A DNA stretch of 41,365 bases from positions 1 to 41,365 of IMG/VR virus record IMGVR_UViG_3300049009_000131, one strand, 5' to 3'. Of this stretch, positions 35,890 to 41,365 are shown piece after piece (within the stretch, counting starts at the first letter, position 1; the number at the start of each line of letters is the position of its first letter). The notes beneath the pieces were generated by a model. That model was given only the letters and a program-made list of their open reading frames with translations, did not search any database and was not told where the DNA came from. This DNA comes from a virus. Lineage: Duplodnaviria > Caudoviricetes. Position numbers and translations under genes: made by a program.

Positions 35890-36182
35890 CAGTTGATGAA
35901 CGCGATGAGTTTGCGAAGGCTTTTGATGATTTACAGAAGCCAAAGGAAGACCTCGTGAAGACGCCGGGGCACTACACTCACTACTTGATCGAGCCGCTGA
36001 ACTACATTCTCCGAAACCGAATGGAATTTTGGCGTGGTTCTGTAATCAAGTACGCGAGCCGTGCAGGGCATAAAACTTATGATGGGATGACGCCTGTCGA
36101 GAGTGAGATTACCGATCTCAAGAAGGCGATCAGATACTGTGAGGCGCGCATCAACCATTTGAATGGCGAGTCTCAACTTTGA
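35865..36182 (+). CDS. DUF3310-like protein (T7 gp1.7 nucleotide kinase-related domain)
   Basis: V..P.HY....IEP..YI......F..G.VIKY..RAG.K...DL.KA..Y. Confidence 0.8.
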   Translation: MEPFDTYMTVDERDEFAKAFDDLQKPKEDLVKTPGHYTHYLIEPLNYILRNRMEFWRGSVIKYASRAGHKTYDGMTPVESEITDLKKAIRYCEARINHLNGESQL

Positions 36183-36613
36183 TGACAAACCGAACGTGGA
36201 AGAAACAACGAGATGGATATTGGTACACTATCCGGCAAGGTAAGCCTAAACTTCTGCACCGTTTAATTGCTCTGGAAAGTGTGCCTAATCCAGAGCCAAA
36301 CATTCGTGTTCAGGTCAATCATATAGACGGTAATAAGGATAATAATGACCCGTCAAATTTAGAGTGGGTGACCCCCTCAGAGAATCAAAAGCACGCATAC
36401 CGCACTGGCCTTAGGACACCACCGCTTCTTGGAAAAACCGGGGGTTCCCACCCAAGATGCAAGTCGGTTGAGGGCTACAATGATACCGTTGTGCGACGTT
36501 ACGGATCATTAATGGACGCTGAGAGGGACGGGTACAGCCACACGAAAATATCAGCCTGCATAAATGGGAGACAAACTGTCCACAAAGGTCTCTGTTGGCG
36601 AAAGGTTGCTTAA
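36182..36613 (+). CDS. Free-standing HNH homing endonuclease with NUMOD1-like C-terminus
   Basis: [34 protein letters not shown]; C-terminal I.AC.NG...HKG..W; AT-rich. Confidence 0.88.
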   Translation: MTNRTWKKQRDGYWYTIRQGKPKLLHRLIALESVPNPEPNIRVQVNHIDGNKDNNDPSNLEWVTPSENQKHAYRTGLRTPPLLGKTGGSHPRCKSVEGYNDTVVRRYGSLMDAERDGYSHTKISACINGRQTVHKGLCWRKVA

Positions 36614-36638
36614 TTTGAATAAGGAAAAGAAAAATAAC

Positions 36639-38330
36639 ATGGGACCTACCCTTCCGATTTCCGACGAAATCCACACCATGAAGTACCGCCAAGAGGGCGA
36701 AAGCTTCCGAGAGGCCATGACCCGCATCGCGGATGCCCTCAAGGACTCGGACGAACACTTCCATGCCTTCCGTGACATCCTGTTGGACATGCGTTTCCTG
36801 CCTGCGGGGCGTGTACAGGCTGCTATGGGTGCTGCCCGTCAGGTCACGCCTTACAATTGCTTTGTAAGCCCCACGATCCCCGACAGCATGAACGGGATCA
36901 TGGATACCGCCAAGTATGCCGCAGAGACCATGCGTCTCGGGGGTGGCATTGGGTACGACTTCTCGACCCTGCGGCCCAAGGGCGACATCATCAGCAAGAC
37001 AGGAAGCTCCGCTAGTGGCCCCGTGAGCTTCATGCGTATCTTCGATGCCGTGTGTGGCACTGTGGCGTCTGCGGGCCACCGTAGGGGCGCACAGATGGGG
37101 GTGCTTCGGGTGGATCACCCTGATATCGAGGAGTACATCAGAGCGAAGCAGAACACCACGAACCTAACGAACTTCAATGTGTCGGTGGGCATCACCGATG
37201 AGTTCATGGAAGCCGTGGCAAACGACACGCTCTTTGACCTGACTTGGGGTGGCCGCAAGTATCGGTCGATCCGGGCCAAGGCCCTTTGGGACCAGATCAT
37301 GCGGTCCACTTGGGATTGGGCAGAGCCGGGGGTTCTGTTCATCGACACGATCAATACCTATAACAACCTTTGGTATTGCGAAGATATCGCAGCCACTAAC
37401 CCGTGTGCCGAACAACCCCTCCCCCCGAATGGCGCATGTCTCCTTGGCAGCTTCAATCTCGTGAAGTACCTTAGCCTCAACGGTAACGACTTTGTGTTCA
37501 ATTGGGACCAGTTCCTCGCGGACATACCTGTGGTCGTAAGGGCTATGGATAACATCGTGGACCGTGCGCTTTACCCCCTCGAAGCACAGTTTGACGAAGC
37601 GAACGCCAAGCGCCGCATGGGTCTCGGGGTTACGGGGGTCGCTAACGCTATCGAAGCACTTGGGTATCCGTATGGTTCCGCCGAGTTCTGTGATGTGCTT
37701 GAAGCTATCCTGAGCGACTTTACGAACGCCTGTTACCTCACGAGCGCAAAGCTTGCGGGTGAAAAGGGCAGCTTCCCGCTGTACGACGAATCACAGTACC
37801 TCGCGGGGAACTTCGTGGAGCGTCTGGACCCCGGTGTCGTTGAGATCATCAAGAAACACGGGCTACGCAACTCCCACCTGACATCTATCGCACCCACGGG
37901 CACCATCAGCCTTACCGCCGATAACATCAGCAGCGGCATTGAGCCCGTGTTCAGCTATGGGTTCGACAGGACCATTCAGACACCGGAAGGGCCTAGGGTT
38001 GAGCATGTGAGCGACTACGGCCTGAGGGTGCTGGGGGTACGTGGGAGAACGGCGGACAAATGTTCCATCGATGACCACCTGAATGTCCTTGCGGTGGCCT
38101 CTCGATGGATGGATAGCGCAGTGTCGAAGACGTGCAATGTCGGTGATGACGTGGGCTTTGAGGAGTTCAAGGACATCTACCTGAGGGCCTACAAGATGGG
38201 CGCTAAGGGCTGCACGACCTTTAGGGCGGCTGGTAAGCGAATGGGCATCTTGAATGTCACGGCACCGGAGGAGGGCGAAGGGGCGGCGTGCTACATCGAC
38301 CCTGAGACCGGAAAGAAAACCTGCGAATAG
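36639..38330 (+). CDS. nrdJ: Ribonucleotide reductase class II (adenosylcobalamin-dependent)
   Basis: FLPAGR, NCF, GGGIGYDFS.LRP, ATNPCAEQPL, CLLGS, IAPTGTIS, KGCTTFR, C-terminal Cys pair; no beta-subunit gene in the window; start placed at ATG 36639. Confidence 0.88.
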   Translation: MGPTLPISDEIHTMKYRQEGESFREAMTRIADALKDSDEHFHAFRDILLDMRFLPAGRVQAAMGAARQVTPYNCFVSPTIPDSMNGIMDTAKYAAETMRLGGGIGYDFSTLRPKGDIISKTGSSASGPVSFMRIFDAVCGTVASAGHRRGAQMGVLRVDHPDIEEYIRAKQNTTNLTNFNVSVGITDEFMEAVANDTLFDLTWGGRKYRSIRAKALWDQIMRSTWDWAEPGVLFIDTINTYNNLWYCEDIAATNPCAEQPLPPNGACLLGSFNLVKYLSLNGNDFVFNWDQFLADIPVVVRAMDNIVDRALYPLEAQFDEANAKRRMGLGVTGVANAIEALGYPYGSAEFCDVLEAILSDFTNACYLTSAKLAGEKGSFPLYDESQYLAGNFVERLDPGVVEIIKKHGLRNSHLTSIAPTGTISLTADNISSGIEPVFSYGFDRTIQTPEGPRVEHVSDYGLRVLGVRGRTADKCSIDDHLNVLAVASRWMDSAVSKTCNVGDDVGFEEFKDIYLRAYKMGAKGCTTFRAAGKRMGILNVTAPEEGEGAACYIDPETGKKTCE

Positions 38331-38422
38331 GGCGCAAGCCTGTGGCTCGCTGAGCGAATGATTTCTGAATGCCGATCCTTGGAGGAACAAATGTTTCCAA
38401 CGAGGATCGGTGTTTTTCGGGC

Positions 38423-38451
38423 TTGCAATGGAACAAAAGAAGAACTACGGT
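38423..38451 (+). promoter_or_regulatory. Sigma70 promoter with an alphaproteobacterial-type LexA box in the spacer
   Basis: TTGCAA-N17-TACGGT; GAAC-AAAAGAA-GAAC at 38431-38445. Confidence 0.7.
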
Positions 38452-38480
38452 AACAAATCCTAACAAGGAGTTTGGTCCAA

Positions 38481-38708
38481 ATGATTTCTGAATGCCGCAT
38501 AAATGACGACCAAATCGCCTCTGAATGCTGGCAAAATGACATACGAATGCTCGCCAATCTGCTCATGGATATCGACCTGATCAGTCGCAGTGGTCACATG
38601 GACCCAGCGGTATATGGGGCAATCGTAAGCCTCGTGGCGATGCACATGGATCGGATTGCAGATGAATGGGAAGCAGCGCTACCCCACGGCAGCGTGAATG
38701 CCGCGTGA
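38481..38708 (+). CDS. Small protein under a LexA-boxed promoter; candidate antirepressor
   Basis: SD AAGGAG at 38465-70; 75 aa; 5' part overlaps the 11-bp array, so coding status is less certain. Confidence 0.5.
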   Translation: MISECRINDDQIASECWQNDIRMLANLLMDIDLISRSGHMDPAVYGAIVSLVAMHMDRIADEWEAALPHGSVNAA

Positions 38709-38821
38709 ATGCAAAGCGAATGCCCACTGAATGCCCACTAAACGCTCGCTGAATGCCAAGCAGATCGCAGGCAAAGCCCGCTATGAATGCCTACTGAATG
38801 CCACATGAATGCCGAAAGAAT

Positions 38822-39229
38822 CTAGGGCAAACTGTTACGCGCCTTCAGTATCTCCATTGCCATTGTTTTTGCCGCCGCGATATAGGGGGCCTTAAGCGTC
38901 TTTCCGTTGTCGTGTACTACACAAGGCCCCGCGCTTCCCGGTTTCCCAACGAGTTCCACGGCTATACCTGAGTAGCTTTCGTCACCATTATATAGCATCC
39001 AATAGTCATCGGCGTCTGGTATGAACACAGGCGGCAAGGGCTGCGGCAGCTTTCGCTTGTCCGGGGGTTCTAAGTAGTTGTCGCCTTTGTCTATCATTTG
39101 CCAACACGATTGGCACGTATGCGCTACCCATGAGAAGTGATACACGCGATCACCATTGCCACACTTGGGGCAATAGATCACTCGGCCCTCCTGAGGGGCA
39201 CGGGTATAACGATTAACTCGTTTTGTCAT
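38822..39229 (-). CDS. Hypothetical protein with Zn-ribbon (CPKC...CQSC)
   Basis: Two CxxC motifs; coupled to the upstream minus-strand ORF. Confidence 0.65.
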   Translation of the reverse strand: MTKRVNRYTRAPQEGRVIYCPKCGNGDRVYHFSWVAHTCQSCWQMIDKGDNYLEPPDKRKLPQPLPPVFIPDADDYWMLYNGDESYSGIAVELVGKPGSAGPCVVHDNGKTLKAPYIAAAKTMAMEILKARNSLP

Positions 39230-39384
39230 CCTACGATCCTTTCAGTCGGTAACAGCCATACCCAAGCAGGTAGAAACGTTGCAAGGTGTAACGGTAGCTT
39301 GTCGTGGATTATGTCATCGAGCAACACGACAGCCCCCAGAACGAGGGCTGTCTTAAGTGTAGCGAGGGTTAGCTTAAGGATCAT
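39226..39384 (-). CDS. Small membrane protein (52 aa)
   Basis: SD GGAGG before ATG at 39384; hydrophobic; ATGA overlap with upstream ORF. Confidence 0.55.
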   Translation of the reverse strand: MILKLTLATLKTALVLGAVVLLDDIIHDKLPLHLATFLPAWVWLLPTERIVG

Positions 39385-39650
39385 TCGGTAACCTCCAGCA
39401 TGCGCTGGATAGCTGAAGGCTTGTATAAAGGTTGCCACCCGCCAGCTATAGCCATCTGAAGATAAGTCCTCAGGGCACGATCTATGCCGTACCTCTCGCA
39501 ATCCTCCCGCCACATTTTGCCAATCTTAGGACCAAAGAGCGCAACACAATGCCCATCTGTCTTTCGGGCAATCGTGAGCATGTAGCCATGTCCGGGGGCT
39601 CTCCCGATTTCTACAAGATAATCCGGTGTCTTTGCGAGGGGTTTCAACAT
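39381..39650 (-). CDS. Hypothetical protein
   Basis: 89-aa ORF in a tightly packed minus-strand operon. Confidence 0.55.
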   Translation of the reverse strand: MLKPLAKTPDYLVEIGRAPGHGYMLTIARKTDGHCVALFGPKIGKMWREDCERYGIDRALRTYLQMAIAGGWQPLYKPSAIQRMLEVTE

Positions 39651-39686
39651 GAGCGAATGTCCAGTTATGTGGAGTGTTGTGACGGG

Positions 39687-39881
39687 TTAAAGACGCAGCG
39701 CATCGTCAAGCGCAAGCTCGTAAGTAGCGAAAGGCCCGATAGGCTCACTGTCCGGCAAGCATCCCGGGAAACACGCGGCCCAATGCCAGCCTGTTAGATC
39801 GGGTTCGTGGTCCTCAATCCAAAAGATTTCAAAGGAACCAAACGCGGCCCCGGTTTCATCTGTGAACTGGTGCATAGCCAT
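39687..39881 (-). CDS. Conserved small phage protein
   Basis: GSFEIF...GW.W..CFPGCLPDSEP.GPF.T...A..DA motif; SD GAGGA. Confidence 0.7.
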   Translation of the reverse strand: MAMHQFTDETGAAFGSFEIFWIEDHEPDLTGWHWAACFPGCLPDSEPIGPFATYELALDDALRL

Positions 39882-39884
39882 TGT

Positions 39885-40148
39885 TCAATCCTCACCATAA
39901 GCGCTAGGGATAAGCTCGCCACTGTGGTCACAAAAAAGCTCGCAATCTTCCCAGTTGATATCCACGCCAACCACGCGCCAACCATCGTTGACCTTGTGCC
40001 GCATGGATGACAACACAGAACAAAAGTTTCCGCGTACGGAACTAAACGACAGCGCCGCGCCATCGCTAGTTATAAAGTACATGGGATAACCCCCGGGCCA
40101 AGCGTACGGGCCGTTTCTCAGGTATGCCTTCAGGTCTTTGGTTTTCAT
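39885..40148 (-). CDS. Conserved small phage early protein
   Basis: YAWPGGYP.YF...DG and INWED..L.CD.SG..IPSAYG motifs; SD GGGAGAGG. Confidence 0.75.
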   Translation of the reverse strand: MKTKDLKAYLRNGPYAWPGGYPMYFITSDGAALSFSSVRGNFCSVLSSMRHKVNDGWRVVGVDINWEDCELFCDHSGELIPSAYGED

Positions 40149-40350
40149 GTTAGCGAACCTCTCCCATAAAGCTAATGATCGCTTGCCGCTTTGTGTAACC
40201 CACGTACACGCGGGTAACGAGGTGACCGTCGTGGATCGCTGATATTCTCCACGTTCCCTGTATCGTGCGCTCTATTGTCATCGCTACGTTCTCCGAAAAT
40301 CAGCAGCGTGATTGCTGCCGATAAAAAGACAGTAGCGCATAAAACGACAG

Positions 40351-40379
40351 TTGACAAGTGTGGAATTAGGGGGCATTGT
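40351..40379 (+). promoter_or_regulatory. Sigma70-type promoter
   Basis: TTGACA-N17-CATTGT; shares 18 bp with the promoter at 40980. Confidence 0.55.
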
Positions 40380-40408
40380 GTTTCTTACGGTAACAAATGG
40401 AGGACACA

Positions 40409-40840
40409 ATGACTGACTGGAAATTCGACGGAACGGAAGATCAGATTGATAGTCGTGAGATCATTGAGCGCATTGAGGAGCTTGAAGCAGAACAAGCTGA
40501 CCTTGTGGAGCGCTTGTCTAACGGCGCGATAACTGAGGGCGATATGCAAGCTTTCGACAAGGAACAAGGTGCAGAACTCGATGCACTAAGAGCCCTTGCC
40601 ACTGAGGCCGAAAGCTCACCCGATTGGACCTATGGTGAGCAACTGATCCACGACAGCTATTTCATCGAGTACACCGAACAACTGATTGACGATTGCTACC
40701 CTGAGGTATCGAAAGCCCTCGCAAGTTCCGCTTGGCCCATGACGTGCCTTAAGATGGACTATGAGCAGGCGGCGCGTGATCTTAAGGTTGACTATTTCGA
40801 CGTCACGTTTAACGGCAGCACCTATTGGATCAGGGGGTAA
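40409..40840 (+). CDS. Highly acidic early protein, possible ArdA-like anti-restriction DNA mimic
   Basis: SD GGAGGA; D/E-rich; IDSR.IIERIEELE N-terminus; C-terminal DYE..ARDL..DY resembles the ArdA C-terminal motif. Confidence 0.65.
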   Translation: MTDWKFDGTEDQIDSREIIERIEELEAEQADLVERLSNGAITEGDMQAFDKEQGAELDALRALATEAESSPDWTYGEQLIHDSYFIEYTEQLIDDCYPEVSKALASSAWPMTCLKMDYEQAARDLKVDYFDVTFNGSTYWIRG

Positions 40841-40842
40841 TC

Positions 40843-40950
40843 ATGAGGATGCTTAGAGAGCTATGCGACCTCACGCTCCAGCTAACCAAGCTGACGGTTT
40901 TCATGGGGAGCTTGTGGGGCGGAATGTATCTTGCGTTTATCATCGAATAA
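40843..40950 (+). CDS. 35-aa hydrophobic peptide
   Basis: SD GGGGG; MRMLRELCDLTLQLTKLTVFMGSLWGGMYLAFIIE; below the ORF-track cutoff. Confidence 0.45.
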   Translation: MRMLRELCDLTLQLTKLTVFMGSLWGGMYLAFIIE

Positions 40951-40979
40951 AGAAGCGCAAGCTTCGCTCGCTTTAACAG

Positions 40980-41008
40980 TTGACAAGTGTGGAGCGTTGG
41001 GTTAACTT
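40980..41008 (+). promoter_or_regulatory. Sigma70-type promoter
   Basis: TTGACA-N17-TAACTT. Confidence 0.7.
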
Positions 41009-41035
41009 GGGATCATAAAGAAACGGAGAGAAACA

Positions 41036-41134
41036 ATGTTTGACCTTATGCTTGCTACTGTCATCATGACGTTCCCGGTGTGGTTCGCGTTCGGCGCGGC
41101 GTACATCTTGGATGCGATCAGCGACATGGTGTAA
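41036..41134 (+). CDS. 32-aa single-TM peptide
   Basis: Own promoter, SD GGAGAG; MFDLMLATVIMTFPVWFAFGAAYILDAISDMV. Confidence 0.55.
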   Translation: MFDLMLATVIMTFPVWFAFGAAYILDAISDMV

Positions 41135-41270
41135 CGGGAAGGGACATGGGTGACGTGATTGGACCTTGGGGTAACCTGAGGTCCTTTCGCTATGTGTGGT
41201 AATTGTGCAACAGTCCGTGTTTTTCTTTAAAAGAGCCAAAGGGTGCTCAAATATTAAGCAATCGTCCTCA

Positions 41271-41365
41271 GGTAACGAAATGTTACAGTTTGTTACAATG
41301 TAACAATGTGTGACATTTATGTCACAGTATGCCTAATGCCCCTAATGTCCCCCAAGCCCCTAACC
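41271..41365. repeat. Cluster of GTAAC/GTTAC palindromes and CCTAATG repeats
   Basis: TGTTACA direct repeat (41281, 41291); palindromes TGTTACA-A-TGTAACA (41291-305) and TGTGACAT-TT-ATGTCACA (41309-26). Confidence 0.6.

Larger units (their letters stand above)
38356..38823 (+). repeat. 11-bp-period array of GAATGC-core repeats
   Basis: 12 exact GAATGC copies (38367, 38490, 38523, 38545, 38696, 38707, 38718, 38729, 38751, 38785, 38796, 38807) plus in-phase variants. Confidence 0.85.

Noticed and set aside
38385-38396. Gram-positive-type SOS box GAAC-N4-GTTT
   Set aside because: Imperfect, overlaps an SD/ATG, and inconsistent with an apparently Gram-negative host
38356-38823. CRISPR array
   Set aside because: Repeat core is 6-8 bp with an 11-bp period, no spacer-length unique sequences and no cas genes
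41309-41326. CRP/FNR site
   Set aside because: TGTGA and TCACA are separated by 8 nt, not the required 6
1-41365. Direct terminal repeat or flanking host DNA
   Set aside because: Window ends do not share an identical repeat and no host genes are present; attP is intact, consistent with a trimmed circular assembly

Overview
The window looks like a complete or nearly complete genome (about 41.4 kb) of a temperate podovirus in its free, unintegrated form (attP intact). The host is probably an alphaproteobacterium, inferred from a GAAC-N7-GAAC LexA box. Nearly all genes are on the + strand. (1) 1-688: non-coding, repeat- and palindrome-rich region with a putative phage RNAP promoter. (2) 689-22061: virion and lysis module, with tail fibre, nozzle, ejection proteins, TerS/TerL, a 676-aa portal, scaffold, a 304-aa capsid, HNH, second receptor-binding protein, adaptor, holins and M15 endolysin. 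It appears to be of the SU10/LUZ24/cobavirus type rather than the T7 type. (3) 22063-23870: lysogeny module, with a MarR-like repressor, a tyrosine integrase whose 3' end contains the 5' half of tRNA-Leu(TAG) as attP core, a terminator and a second phage promoter. (4) 23894-38330: T7-like transcription, replication and nucleotide module (RNAP, SSB, endonuclease I, primase-helicase, Pol A, gp5.7-like, MazG, glutaredoxin, ThyX, exonuclease, DUF3310, HNH, class II RNR). (5) 38330-41365: accessory/early region with an 11-bp-periodic GAATGC array, a LexA-boxed promoter, small genes and sigma70 promoters. The most notable non-coding signals are four. A structured RNA after the capsid gene has a 9-nt loop exactly complementary to a hairpin-occluded RBS 2.3 kb upstream, in front of an AUU-start gene. 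attP lies inside the integrase ORF. A LexA-controlled small gene is a candidate antirepressor. The GAATGC array is phased to the helical repeat. All product calls come from recognising motifs by eye; no database search was run.
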